This document shows, piece by piece, positions 1-31,644 of a stretch of DNA of 64,000 nt; the stretch's first letter is position 1; every line of letters starts with the position of its first letter. The DNA is taken from the NCBI RefSeq assembly GCF_009914755.1, contig NC_060948.1. One strand, 5' to 3'. Source of the DNA: the human T2T-CHM13v2.0 reference genome, Homo sapiens. The position numbers were made by a program, and so were the translations under genes. The notes below the pieces were generated by a model. That model was not told where the DNA came from. It saw nothing but the letters and a program-made list of their open reading frames with translations, and ran no database searches.

Positions 1-2205
<2,205 letters not shown>

Positions 2206-2319
2206 TCAGCCCACAGTTTTATTTTTTACTTTAAACGGATGGTAGGAAAAGTTTGTTGTTTTTGTTTGTTTGTTGTTTTGGTTTGTTTGTTGTTTTTGTT
2301 TGTTTTTTGTTTGATGTTT

Positions 2320-3415
<1,096 letters not shown>

Positions 3416-3470
3416 ACCTGGAATATGCTGCTACTTCATATTTTATTTTATTTTATTTTATTTATTTTGA

Positions 3471-3686
<216 letters not shown>

Positions 3687-3749
3687 TGATCCACCCACCT
3701 TGGCGTCCCAGAGTGCTGGGATGGCAGGCGTGAGTCACTGCGCCTGGCC

Positions 3750-3950
3750 AAGCCTTTCGTTCTGTCCAATCAGTCCTTCCACTGATTGGATACGGCCCAC
3801 CCACGTTGGGAAAGGCAATCTACTTTGCTCCGTGCATGGATTCAAATGCTCCTCTCATCCAGAGACCCTCCCACACACCTTGAATCGTGTCTGACCACAC
3901 ATCTGGGCACCCCGTGGCCCAGTCAACTGGACACATAAGTACCCAACACA
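3750..3950 (-). mobile_element. MLT2 (ERVL) LTR fragment
   Basis: actgattggatacggcccacccac..ggcaatctactttgctc..tctgggcaccccgtggcccagtcaa. Confidence 0.7.
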
Positions 3951-4358
3951 TTCTCTCCCTTGCTTTTGCCTCTAGACTAGATCATTCCCATCTGCAGAGA
4001 GACACACAGCCATTTTTTTTAGGTAAAACAATTTTTTCGAGTACATTCCCCCAAGCCTTCACCCCATCTCTTTGCTCCTTTTCCTAGCATAGCAGGACGT
4101 GGGTTTAGATGGCGCTTGAGTTTCTCCAGCATCGTCTTCATGCTCCCCTTTTCTCTCACTTCCTTCACTGCACACACCTGGGTCTCACCAAGATCCCTAC
4201 TAACCCCCAGTGATAAGTGCACCACTGGGTCACCTTTCCTGCACCGACTAGCATGGTGGACTCAGCTATCACCCCTTTCTCCTTGACTCACTCGGCTTCT
4301 AGAGTTCCACACCCTCTCTGTCTTCCTCCTACCCCTCTGGCAACTTCTCTCCAGTTGC

Positions 4359-4607
4359 GTTAGTCTATTCTCACACCGCTAATAAAGACATATCTGAAGC
4401 CGGGTGCGGTGGCTCACGTCTGTCATCCCAGCACTTTGGGAGGCCGAGGCGGGCGGATCACGAGGTCGGGAGATCGAGACCATCCTGGCTAACACGGTGA
4501 AACCTCGTCTCTACTAAAAATACAAAAAATTATTTTTGGGAGGCCCACCTCGGCCTCCCAAAGTGCTGGGATGACAGGCGTGAGCCACCGCGCCTGGCCC
4601 CATATCA
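4359..4607. mobile_element. THE1 LTR termini enclosing a fused inverted Alu left-arm pair
   Basis: THE1-like gttagtctattctcac..gctaataaagacata (4359-4398) and ccatatca (4600-4607); sense Alu 4399-4532, antisense Alu 4544-4599. Confidence 0.7.
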
Positions 4608-5448
4608 CCAGATAGAATGTTCTAGAACGTTTTTCCGGAAAGATGTAGTCAGCCACAAACTCACTTCTTCTCCCTGAGCCACCCCCCTCCTTTTAAGAGG
4701 CAAACTGTCCACTGCCTCGCTGGCTTTGACCCCGAATACTTTTTCTCATTTCCATCAACATACCGGTTTTCTCACACACTATGTAATTTTCTTGTTTATT
4801 TCAGAGTTCCTTCTCTCTCTGATGAAGGGGTACGTTTCACCAGGACGGGGGTCTTGGTTTTGTCCTCTCCAAACAGTGCCTGACGTATGACATGTGCATT
4901 TACGGGATGAAGGAGGGAAACTTCAAACCCTCCCGGGTACCACCTTTGAAGCTGTCGGAAAGCGCTTTGGTGACCCCCATCTCTTTGGCACAGAGCATTT
5001 CGCCCCTTGTCAGCCTCATGCTATCAACATTCCTTGCCCGACTGTCTTTCGTTTCTGCGTAGGTGATATATGAGCCCGTGCTGTTCCCTGCCTCTTTCAA
5101 CCTATTAAATTGCTTTCACTTCTAATGAGAGACAGAGGTTTTCCTGCTTCACAGAGCCTCGTAAGCATCTGCTTGCAGACCTGAGACCTGATGAGGTGCT
5201 AATAAAATCCAGCAGAGGATGTGGCACCCACCAGCATTTCTGCGTCACATTTGTGTAATGTATGGCTCTAATCTGACCAGGTTTTCATGAGGAGCTTTGG
5301 AGGAATGTGTCTCAGCACCCTGAACACTCTGCAGTTACCTCCGCTCCGGGGACCAAGGCCTGTGTCTCATTCCCGAGCATCATCCGTGTAGGAATGGCCT
5401 GCCCGCCTAGCTCAGAAAAGGAAGCCTGCCCTGGCTGCTTGTTTTTGA

Positions 5449-9955
<4,507 letters not shown>

Positions 9956-10370
9956 AAACCGCATCGTCTCCAAGGCACTGGGGAGACTCCAGCTACAAAG
10001 ACAAACAGGTGCGCAGGGGATTTTTCATTAAAGCGACAGGAATTTTCTCCATTTTTAAGTATCGTAAACATATACAACACACAGGAAATGAGTCCTCGGA
10101 GGCTGTTTGGGCCCAGAGCAGCAGAGATAATTAGGTTAGTGAAGTAATTGAAATACAATATCACAGGATAGCTTGGCCGTCCTTCCCGTCTTTATTAGGG
10201 TGGATTATACCTGCTTGAGAGATTATTTATAGCCTCGTGGTATCCTGGTAATAAAAGATTGGTAATGGAAAAGTGTATCTAAACAGGACACGGATGACAT
10301 CAGCATTGCAAATTTTTCTGAGCAAATGAGAAGGGAAGAGATAGTATAAAATTATTAATAAATTACGTTA

Positions 10371-11780
<1,410 letters not shown>

Positions 11781-11782
11781 GC

Positions 11783-13088
11783 AGGATGTGAACATCTTTG
11801 GGGACATTATTCTGTCCCCCACATGGGGATTAGGACGTGGACATCTTTGGGGACATTATTCTGTCTATCACATGGGGATTAGGACGTGGACATCTTTGGG
11901 GACATTATTCTGTCTACCTCATGGGGATTAGGACGTGGACATCTTTGGGGCCATTATTCTGTCTATCACATGGGGATTAGGACGTGGACATCTTTGGGGA
12001 CATTATTCTGTCTCCCACATGGGGATTAGGACGTGGACATCTTTGGGGCCATTATTCTGTCTATCACATGGGGATTAGGACGTGGACATCTTTGGGGCCA
12101 TTATTCTGTCTATCACATGGGGATTAGGACGTGGACATCTTTGGGGACATTATTCTGTCTATCACATGGGGATTAGGACGTGGACATCTTTGGGGCCATT
12201 ATTCTGTCTATCACATGGGGATTAGGACGTGGACATCTTTGGGGACATTATTCTGTCTATCACATGGGGATTAGGACGTGGACATCTTTGGGGACATTAT
12301 TCTGTCTATCACATGGGGATTAGGACGTGGACATCTTTGGGGACATTATTCTGTCTATCACATGGGGATTAGGACGTGGACATCTTTGGGGACATTATTC
12401 TGTCTCCCACATGGGGATTAGGACGTGGACATCTTTGGGGCCATTATTCTGTCTATCACATGGGGATTAGGACGTGGACATCTTTGGGGCCATTATTCTG
12501 TCTATCACATGGGGATTAGGACGTGGACATCTTTGGGGACATTATTCTGTCTATCACATGGGGATTAGGACGTGGACATCTTTGGGGACATTATTCTGTC
12601 TATCACATGGGGATTAGGACGTGGACATCTTTGGGGACATTATTCTGTCTCCCACATGGGGATTAGGACATGGACATCTTGGGGACATTATTCTGTCTAT
12701 CACATGGGGATTAGGACGTGGACATCTTTGGGGCCATTATTCTGTCTCCCACATGGGGATTAGGACGTGGACATCTTTGGGGACATTATTCTGTCTATCA
12801 CATGGGGATTAGGACGTGGACATCTTTGGGGACATTATTCTGTCTATCACATGGGGATTAGGACGTGGACATCTTTGGGGCCATTATTCTGTCTCCCACA
12901 TGGGGATTAGGACGTGGACATCTTTGGGGCCATTATTCTGTCTATCACATGGGGATTAGGACGTGGACATCTTTGGGGCCATTATTCTGTCTCCCACATG
13001 GGGATCAGGACGTGGACATCTTTGGGGCCATTATTCTGTCTATCACATGGGGATCAGGACGTGGACATCTTTGGGAGTGACATTATTT
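11783..13088. repeat. 49-bp minisatellite (~26-27 copies) derived from an MLT1 (MaLR) LTR terminus
   Basis: Unit ggggattaggacgtggacatctttgggg(a/c)cattattctgtct(atc/ccc)acat, nearly identical copies. Its reverse complement resembles the MLT1B/C/D 5' end tgtggtaggcagaataatggcccccaaagatgtccacgtcctaatcccc. Confidence 0.93.
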
Positions 13089-13806
13089 ATCCCTCCACCA
13101 TTCACTCTGTCCCAGGATCCATTCCATCCTCCCCTGACTTCCCTTTCTTGTGAGCGTGGCTGAGGCAAAATCTGCCCCTCTCCCAAGACTGCAGGCTGCA
13201 CCTGCCCCGACTCCGCATTTCTCTTCCTCTTACGTACGCCCCTTCAATGCCATTCCTCTGTCTCACTTCACGTCTGTTCAGTGCTTTCAGGAGAGAATTC
13301 ACCGGGGGGATCACCTCTGAACAACGCCATTCACCAGCTCTCTGGGGCCTGCGAGTCTCTGCCTTCATCCTCACGGTCTACGAGGCAACATGATCCTGCT
13401 TTTTTATTATTCCTGGGTGGACGCTAACCGCCTCCTGGTTTCCTGGGGCCCAGCAACGTCCACACTGGCCCTCCTGGCTTCTTTGTCTAGATTCCCTTCT
13501 TGAACTTCAATGTGAAGCGTTTGCATACCTGCCACCAGCCTTCCTCCCATGTTCCAAAGCCCGGTCAGCTTTCTCACAGCGGAACTCAAACACCAGGGGC
13601 TTATCTTCACCAGTGCTGCAAAAACAGCCTTTCCCAACGGGCCTTCTCTTTCATGTCGAGCCCGTTCCTCCTCTTCCCTCCCTCCTGTGGGCAGCGGCGG
13701 CTGCGTTTCTGAGCAACTGGCTTCATGGGGGCGGAAAGACACAGAAGATGCTTCTGCAGGGGGACGGTTTCTGAAGCCCACATGACCAGTGGGGCAGCCG
13801 GGGCGG

Positions 13807-16324
<2,518 letters not shown>

Positions 16325-16325
<1 letters not shown>

Positions 16326-17425
16326 AGAAAGGAAGAAAGAAAGAGAAAGAAAGGAAAAGAAAGAAAGAGAGAGAAAGGAAAGGAAGGAAGGATGGAAGGA
16401 AGGGCAAGAAAGAGAGAGAGAAATAAAGAAAGAAAGAAAAGAGAGAAAGGAAAGGAAGGAAGGATGGAAGGAAGGGAAAGAAAGAGAGAGAGAAAGAAAG
16501 AAAGAAGAAGGAGAAAGAAAGAAGAGAGAGGAAAGGAAGGAAGGATGGAAGGAAGGGAAAGAAAGAGAAAGAAAGAAAGAAAGAGAAAAAGAAAGAGAAA
16601 GAAAGAGAAAAAGAAGAAAGAAAGAAAAAAGAAAGAAAGAGAGAAAGAAAGAAAGAAAGAAAGAAAAGAAAAGAAAAAGAAAAATAGGGAGACAGATGCA
16701 GAGACGGAGTGTCTTGTGTCTGAGCCTCAGCACTGCTGACATTTAGGGCTGGATGACTGACTCTGTGATGGGGCCGTCCTGTGCCCTGTAGGATGCTGAG
16801 GAGCATCTCTGGGCTCGCCCACCGGGCCCCAGGAGCACCCCCTATCCCAGTTCTGACAACTAAAGGTAATTTCCAGACAGTGCTCAGTGTCCTCTGCGGG
16901 TGCAGAATCGCCCCTGGCTGAGGACCTCTCACCACTGATGTCTCCCTGACTCTGAGAGTTTTACCCATGGGTGATGATACTTTGGAACTCAGAATATCCT
17001 GTAGCCATTTATGTCCCAGGGAGAGAGAGGAAGAGAGAGGAGAAAGCGGAAGAGAGACGAGAGAGAGAGAGAGAGAGAAGAGAGAGAAAAGATAGAAAGA
17101 GAAAGAGAGGAGAGAGAGAGAGGACAGAGAAAGAGGAGAGAGAGAGAGGAGAGAGAAACAGAGAGGAGAGAGGACAGAGAGAAGAGAGAGGAGAGAGAAA
17201 AAGAGAGGACACAGAAAGAGGAGAGAGAAAGAGAGAGGAGAGAGAGAAAAGAGGGAAAGAGGAGAGAGAGAAAAGAGGGAAAGAGGAGGGAGAGAGAGGA
17301 CAGAGAAAGAGGAGGGAGAGAGAGGACAGAGAAAGAGGAGAGACACAGGAGAGAGAAAGAAAGAGAAGAGAGAGAGGAGAGAGGGAAAGAGAGAAAGAGA
17401 TAGAGAGGAGAGAGAGAGAGAGAGC
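16325..17425 (+). repeat. GA-rich simple repeats (16325-16690 and 17020-17425)
   Basis: Near-pure purine (GAAA/GGAA/GA) tracts. Confidence 0.9.
16715..16936. mobile_element. MER20 (second copy)
   Basis: Homologous to 15085-15303; cctgtgccctgtaggatg..cagaatcgcccctggctgag. Confidence 0.7.
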
Positions 17426-18360
17426 AAGACCCACCTCTTTCTCTGTTTCTGAAATCAGGATTTTGCACCCGGAAAAGAGCACATTGAGGCCGGCCTTCCA
17501 GTTGCGGTGGGGCTGAGCCCGTGTCTGCAACCCAGATGCCATTTGGGAAATCATGGTTTTCTCCTGCACAGGGTCCATAGGCCCGGGGGGCAAATTTCCC
17601 ACTTAACAGACGGTCCTTCTAGCAGGGTTGGTACAGAAGCTTCCCTTTCACTAACATCTTCCAACCTTCCTTCTAAAAAAAAAAAAAAAAAAAGTAGGGG
17701 GAGAGGGGGAGGTAACCACAGAACAGTTCTTTTATTTATTTTCCCCAAAACAATCAACTATTTAGCCAGCGCGTCCCTGGCTTCTCACCTTGGTGGTCAG
17801 GTCATTAATTATGAGCCCAGGTCGCCGCTAAAGACCTTTCCTGGCTGGTCCTGCCTCGGTGCACACAGCAGCAATAGCTGGGGCTTGTCAGGGCCTCCGC
17901 AGACCCCCAGGAGCTGGGGTGAGGGAAAGTGAGTCCTAAAAGGGCCACTGTGCCTGGAAGGACGAAGGAGGGAGCTGGGAGGAGGGAGGGAGGGAGACCG
18001 TGGTCTCTCTCCAGCCTCTGGAGGCCGTGCCAACTGGGGCTGACGGAGAGGGTGCATTTCACCCTGGCAATGCCTCCACTTTTCCCGGATTCAGAACTTG
18101 CAGCCTTGGAGTCTGGGGCAGGAGAGCCTGCCTTCTGGGAACCCCTCTGTCTCGAGATGATGAGGGTCACAGCTTCCCCATCACAGCTGGCCAATCGAGG
18201 CACGACCAAAATCGATTCACAGGAGTCTGTGCCTCGACCTCCAAAGCCACATTGGCTTTTTTTGCTCTGCGTGTCTTCAATCTCTCCAGCTGGCTGAGAG
18301 TGTATTTTTTTTTACAAGAGACATTTAGGATGAGAAATGAAGGTTTACATGAATTAAACA

Positions 18361-18930
<570 letters not shown>

Positions 18931-19225
18931 TAAGATTCTATGACACTGGGTGCAGGAGCTCACGCCTGTAGCCTGTAATGCCAGCACTTTGGGAGGCTGA
19001 GGCAGGCGGATCGCCTGAGGTCGGGAGTTCGAGACCAGCCTGGCCAACATGGCGAAACCCCATCTCTACTAAAAATACAAAAATTAGTCGGGCGTGGTGG
19101 TGGGCGCCTGTAATCCCAGCTACTTGGGAGGCTGAGGCAGGAGAATCGCTGAAACTTGATCTAAAATAATAATAATAATAATAATAATAAATCCATAAAT
19201 GTATACTGAGAAGTAGAGTATTTAA

Positions 19226-19482
<257 letters not shown>

Positions 19483-20019
19483 TGATCCGCCCGCCTCGGC
19501 CTCCCAAAGTGCTGGGATGACAGGCGTGAGCCACCGCGGCTGGCCAGTGTGAATGTCATTAATGCCACAAAACTATAAACTTCAAAGTGGTTAAGACGGT
19601 AAAGTTTACATGATGTATTTTTGACCATCATTTTTAAAAAGAAGTTTATATGCAAAAGTTCATCTGATTCTTTCATTGTTCACTAACGTTCACTGTAATA
19701 TTCCTTGCTACAAAGCAAGCCCGCTCTGAATCACAGTTGCCCTCAGGATGTAATAAAACCTTACTTAAGAATAATATAAACCACCTTCTTTCCTGCGGGA
19801 ATTTGGCCGTACATGGAATGAGGCTGGAGTCTCCGAGTCAGGAATTCCTCATGTTGAAAGCTTTGATGTCTGGAACCACCCTGGAGGAATGTAGCTAATT
19901 CTGTTTTTGAGTTTTCACGGATCCCTAATATGGACAGAGACATCGTGACAACTTTGGTTCTGGGGTCGTGCTGACCCAAGACTGCACCTAGATTTCCTGC
20001 TGTGGGCGCATGGCTGCTC

Positions 20020-21170
20020 TGCTCTCCTCTCCCCTCCCCTCCCCTCCTCCCCTCCCTCCTCTCCTCCCCTCGCTTTTCCCCATCCACCACTCAGTTCTGA
20101 TGCTCTCCCTCCCCCCTCCTCCCTCTCCTCTCCCCTCCTCCCCTCTCCTCTCCCCTCCTCCCCTCTCCTCTCCCCTCCTCCCCTCTCCTCTCCCCTCCTC
20201 CCCTCTCCTCTCCCCTCCTCCCCTCTCCTCTCCCCTCCTCCCCTCTCCTCTCTCCCCTCCTCCCCTCTCCTCTCCCCTCCTCCCCTCTCCTCTCCCCTCC
20301 TCCCCTCTCCTCTCCCCTCCTCCCCTCTCCTCTCCCCTCCTCCCCTCTCCTCTCCCCTCCTCCCTCTCCTCTCCCCTCCTCCCCTCTCCTCCCTCCCCTC
20401 TCCTCCCCTCCCTCTCTCCTCCCCCCCCTCCCCTCTCCTCCCTTCCCCTCTCCTCCCCTCCCCTCCCCTCCCCTCCCCTCCCCTCTCCTCCCCTCCCCTC
20501 CCCTCCCCTCCCCTCTTCTCCCCTCCCCTCCCCTCCCCTCCCCTCTCCTCCCCTCCCCTCCCCTCCCCTCCCCTCCCCTCTCCTCTCCCTCCCTCTCTCC
20601 TCTCCTCTCCTCCCCTCCCCTCTCCTCTCCTCCCCTCCCTCTTCCCCCTCCCCCCCTCTCCCGCTCTCCCTCTCCCCTCCTTCCCTCTCCTCCCCTCTCC
20701 TCTCCTCCCCTCCCCTCTTCTCTCCCTCCCCCTCTCCTCCCCTCTCCCCTCCTCCCCTCTCCTCCCCTCCTCTCCTCCCTCCTCCCCTCCCCTCCCCCCC
20801 CTCCCCTCTCCTCTCCTCCTCTCCCCTCTCCTCCCCTCCCCTCTCCTCCCTCTCCTCTCCTCCCCTCCCCTCTCCTCCCCTCTCCTCTCCTCCCCTCCCC
20901 TCCCTCCCCTTTCCTCTCCCTCCCTCTCCTCTCCTCCCCCTCTCCTCTCCTCTCCTCCCTCTCCTCTCCTCTCCTCCCCTCTCTCCTCTCCTCTCCTCCC
21001 CTCTCCTCTCCTCCCCTCTCCTCTCCTCCCCTCTCCTCTCCTCCCCTCTCTCCTCTCCTCTCCTCTCCTCCCCTCCCCTCCCCTCCCTGCTTCCCCATCA
21101 CACCAGTTGAGTTGCTTAGATGCTCTCCTCTCCTCTCCTCCCCTCCTCTCCCCTTTCTTTTCTTCTGTTT
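20020..21170 (+). repeat. 1.1-kb polypyrimidine tract, (CTCCC)/(CTCCT) units, with G-rich minus strand
   Basis: Nearly pure C/T; a 20-bp unit ccctctcctctcccctcctc is repeated at 20121-20360. Confidence 0.92.
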
Positions 21171-21536
21171 TTTTCTTTTCTTTTCTGAAACAGAGTCTCA
21201 CTCCGTCGCCCAGGCTGCAGTGCAGTAGTGGGATCTCAGCTCACTGCCACCTCTGCCTCCTGGGTTCAGGCGATTCTCTTGCCTCAGCCTCCTGAGTAAG
21301 TGGGATTACAGGCATCGGCCACCACGCCCGGCTGATGTTTTTAGGAAACCTTCAGAAACCAATGGGCTGGAAGAGAAAAGCTTTGAGAAATGTCGAGATG
21401 TTAAAAATACAATCACAGGCCGGGCGTGGCGGCTCACGCCTGCAATCCCAGCACTTTGGTAGGCCGAGGCGGGCGGATCACGAGGTCAGGAGATCGAGAC
21501 CAGCCTGGCCAATATAGTCAAACCCCGTCTCTACTA

Positions 21537-21737
<201 letters not shown>

Positions 21738-22205
21738 TTACCAAAGCCATCGACAAGGGTCCCCAAGAAGACTAGGAACAAATCTTCAGCATTTTAACTG
21801 GAAAGAGTCAGGGCATTAAGAAATTATATAACCATAAATCCCACCTGTAGAATTTGAGCATTAATGAGTTTTACCTGTATTAGGTAAATTACAGCAGACT
21901 CTGAATTGCAGAAACTTTATGCAATATTTGGTTAACCTGTATATGATTGTGTTCTCTGTGTGTGTGTGTGTCTGTTTAAAAAAGGAAACTTTGAATTATT
22001 TAAGTCTGAAGAAAAGGGGACATTTCATTGCACATGATTTTTAATAATATTTTTATGGGGCTTAATTCTACTGCAAAGTTTCCGTCTCCTGGAAAATTCT
22101 GAACAGGCGCTATTTGCTTGGATTATCCAAAGCCCTAAACTGCAAACGCAGAGGTAAAGACCTCTGTCCTTTTATTGCATTTGGCCTCTCCTGGTTTTCT
22201 GTTGA

Positions 22206-22972
<767 letters not shown>

Positions 22973-23156
22973 GAAAAAAAGTCCTAAGGGTCAGACAGTG
23001 TGCAGGACAAACCCTCAGTGAAGGTTCTTACCTCCGAAACACTCCTCTTGCCCCAGTAAAAGGATGCCCATTTCAATCTCCGAAACCAAACAACTATGCA
23101 GCATCCATGCCTGTGGCCGATAGGACCCACGTACAAAATTAAACCTCTCTTAATTG

Positions 23157-25582
<2,426 letters not shown>

Positions 25583-25660
25583 TCAGGGAGGCTGCTGGCT
25601 AATCAGGGAGGTAACAGAGTTGAGTGTGGTGGGTAGTGAATGAGTAAAGGAGGGCGGTCT

Positions 25661-27719
25661 AGTATTAGTCCCTTTTCAGGCTGCTGATAAAATCATACCA
25701 ACACCAGGTAATTTATAAAGAAAAGAGGATTTTTTTATTGTTTTTATTTTTATTATTTTTTTTAAGGCAGAGTCTCACTCTGTCGCCAAGCCTGGAGTGC
25801 AGTGGCGCAATCTCGGCTCACCGCAACCTCCGCCTCCCGGGTTAAAGCGATCCTCCTGCCTCAGCCTCCTGAGTAGCTGGGACTACAGGTACCCACCACC
25901 ACGCCCGGCTAATTTTTGTATTTTTAGTAGAGACGGGGTTTTACCACGTTGATCAGGCTGGTCTCGAACTCCTGACCTCAGGTGATCCACCTGCCTCGGC
26001 CTCCCAAAGTGCTGGGATGACAGGCGTGAGCCACCGCGCCCAGCCAGGAAGGGGTTTAATGGACTGACAGTTCCACATAGGGGACGACAAAAGTCACATC
26101 TTCTATGGCAGCAGACAAGAAAAGAGAGAGAGAGAGACAGAGACAGAAACAGAGAGAAAGAGAGAGACAGAGACAGAGAGACAGAGACAGAGAGAGACAG
26201 AAAGAGAGAGAGAGACAGACAGAGGGAGAGAGACACAGAGAGAAAGAGAGACAGAGAGACAGAGAGAGAGAGACAGAGACACAGAGAGACACAGAGACAG
26301 AGAGAGACACACAGAAAGAGAGACAGAAAGAGAGAGAGAAAGAGAGACAGGGACAGAGAGACAGAGAGAGAAAGAGACAGAGACAGAGAGAAAGAGGCAG
26401 AGAGAGACAGAAACAGAGAGAGAGAGACAGGGACAGAGAGACAGAGAGAGAGAGAGACAGAGAGAAAGAGACAGAGAGAGACAGAAAGAGAGAGACAGAC
26501 AGAGGGAGAGAGACAGAGAGAGAGAGAAAGAGAGACAGAGACACAGAGAGAGACAGAGACAGAGAGACACAGAGAGACAGACAGAGAGACAAAGAGAGAC
26601 AGAGAGACACAGAGAGACAGAGAGACAGAGACAGAGACAGAAAGACAGAGAGAGAGACAGAGAGAAAGAGAGAGAGACACAGAGAGAAAGAGAGAGACAG
26701 AGAGAAAGAGATAGAGACAGAAAGAGAGTGACAGAGACAGAAAGAGAGAAAGAGAGAGACAGAGAGACAGGGAGAGAGAGACAGAGAGAGACAGACAGAG
26801 AGAAAGAGACAGAGAGAAAGAGACAGAGAGACAGACAAAGAGAGACAGACAGAGAGACACAGGGAGAGACAGAGACAGAGAGAGAGAGACAGAGAGACAG
26901 GGAGAGAGAGACAGAGACAGAGAGACAGAGACAGAGAGAGACAGAGACAGAGAGAAACAGAGAGACAGACAGAGAGACAAAGAGAGACAGAGAGACAGAG
27001 ACAGAGAGACACAGAGAGACAGACAGAGAGACAAAGAGAGACAGAGAGACAGAGACAGAGAGACACAGAGAGACAGACAGAGAGACAGAGAGAGACAGAG
27101 ACAGAAAGAGAGAGAGACAGAGAGAGAGACACAGAAAGAGAGAGACAGAGACAGAGAGAAAGAGATAGAGACAGAAAGAGAGTGACAGAGACAGAAAGAG
27201 AGAAAGAGAGAGACAGAGAGACAGGGAGAGAGAGACAGAGAGAGACAGACAGAGAGAAAGAGACAGAGAGAAAGAGACAGAGAGACAGACAGAGAGACAG
27301 ACAGACAGAGAGACACAGGGAGAGACAGAGACAGAGAGAAAGAGAGAGACAGAGAGACAGGGAGAGAGAGACAGAGACAGGGAGAGACAGAGACAGAGAG
27401 AGAGAGACAGAGAGACAGAGACAGAGAGAAACAGAGAGAGAGAGACAGAGAGAGACAGAGACAGAGAGAGAGAAACACACAGACAGAGAGACAGACAGAG
27501 AGAGAACAAGAGACAGAAAGAGAGAGAACCGAGGGAAAAGGGAAACCGCTGATAAAGCATCAGACCTTGTGAGACGTATTCACGACCCTGAGAACAGTAC
27601 GGGGGAAACTGCCTCCACGATTCAATTCTCTCCCACTAGGTCCCTCCCACGATACAGAGGGATTATGGGAGCTAGGGTCCAAGATGAGATTTGGGTGAGG
27701 ACACAGCCAAACCACATCA
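25661..27719 (-). mobile_element. THE1 solo LTR inflated by an Alu (25730-26046) and a 1.4-kb GA/GACA expansion
   Basis: gtattagtcc..gctgctgataaa..ggtaatttataaagaaaagagg at one end; gatgagatttgggtgaggacacagccaaaccacatca at the other. Confidence 0.8.
26120..27530 (+). repeat. (GAGACA)/(GA)n purine-rich low-complexity tract with an internal 454-bp-period duplication
   Basis: The marker agagatagagacagaaagagagtgacag occurs twice, at ~26707 and ~27161. Confidence 0.9.
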
Positions 27720-27789
27720 GTAGGTGTCAAAACTGGACCCAATTCTCTTATGATAATGTAGTCAATAAAATAAAATAAAATAAAATAGG

Positions 27790-30815
<3,026 letters not shown>

Positions 30816-30890
30816 TATCATTCAAATTCAGGGTCCTTGAGCCGTATTCCTAGTTCTATTGACTCACCTCACTTTAAAACTATCGTTCAA

Positions 30891-31199
30891 CAATGAGAAC
30901 ACATGGACACAGGGTGGGGAACATCACACACCGGGGCCTGTTGTGGGGTGGGGAGAGAGGGGAGGGATAGCATTGGGAGATATACCTAATGTTAAATGAT
31001 GGTTCATGGGTGCAGCACACCAGCATGGCACATGGATACATATGTAACTAACCTGCACGTTGTGCACATGTACCCTAGAACTTAAAGTATAATAATAATA
31101 ATACAATTTTTAAAATACAATGAAAAAAATACAAATAAAAAATAAAATAAAAAATAGTAAAAATAAAAAATACAAATAAAAATAATGCAATTTAAAAAA
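30891..31199 (+). mobile_element. 5'-truncated L1PA 3' end with A-rich tail
   Basis: caatgagaacacatggacacagg..ccctagaacttaaagtataataat; 15-bp TSD AAAACTATCGTTCAA (30876-30890, 31200-31214) at a TT/AAAA site. Confidence 0.92.
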
Positions 31200-31644
31200 A
31201 AAACTATCGTTCAAGTATCTGCCCCCGGTTTTCTTCATCTCTGAATGGCTGTTTTTGCAGAACTGGCAGAAACTCAGAACGAACGCCATTCATTCTTAGG
31301 ACGCAGAGTTAAATTCTGCAACAGCCACAGCATCCTAACGCCTGGTTGCCTGCACCCGCCAGCCTGTTGCAAATGCTCACAGAAAGTCTGAAAACAGGAA
31401 ATTCTAAAAGAAGGGGTTGCTTTTGTTTGACAACCAGACGGGCCAGTGATTTACAGCCGGACCCGGCCCCTTGCTCCTGGTCAGCCCTCTCGGAGCAGGC
31501 AGGTGACGGCACAAATGTCTCGCACAAATGTTGCCCAGGCTCTGAGAATCTGAGAACGCCTTTTGCTTTTTGCAGTTCAAGGGACTTCCACCCCGGGCGG
31601 GAGATGCCAGTTCCAGACAAATGCATTTAGGTGGTTTATTATCC

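Noticed and set aside
11783-13088. Possible CRISPR array or coding repeat
   Set aside because: Head-to-tail 49-mers with no unique spacers; a period not divisible by 3 and frequent stops.
19915-21201. ORFs of 336-428 aa
   Set aside because: Translation of the CT-rich tract.
25883-27778. ORFs of 474-531 aa (SLSLCL / ERQRDR)
   Set aside because: Translation of the GAGACA simple repeat inside a THE1 LTR.
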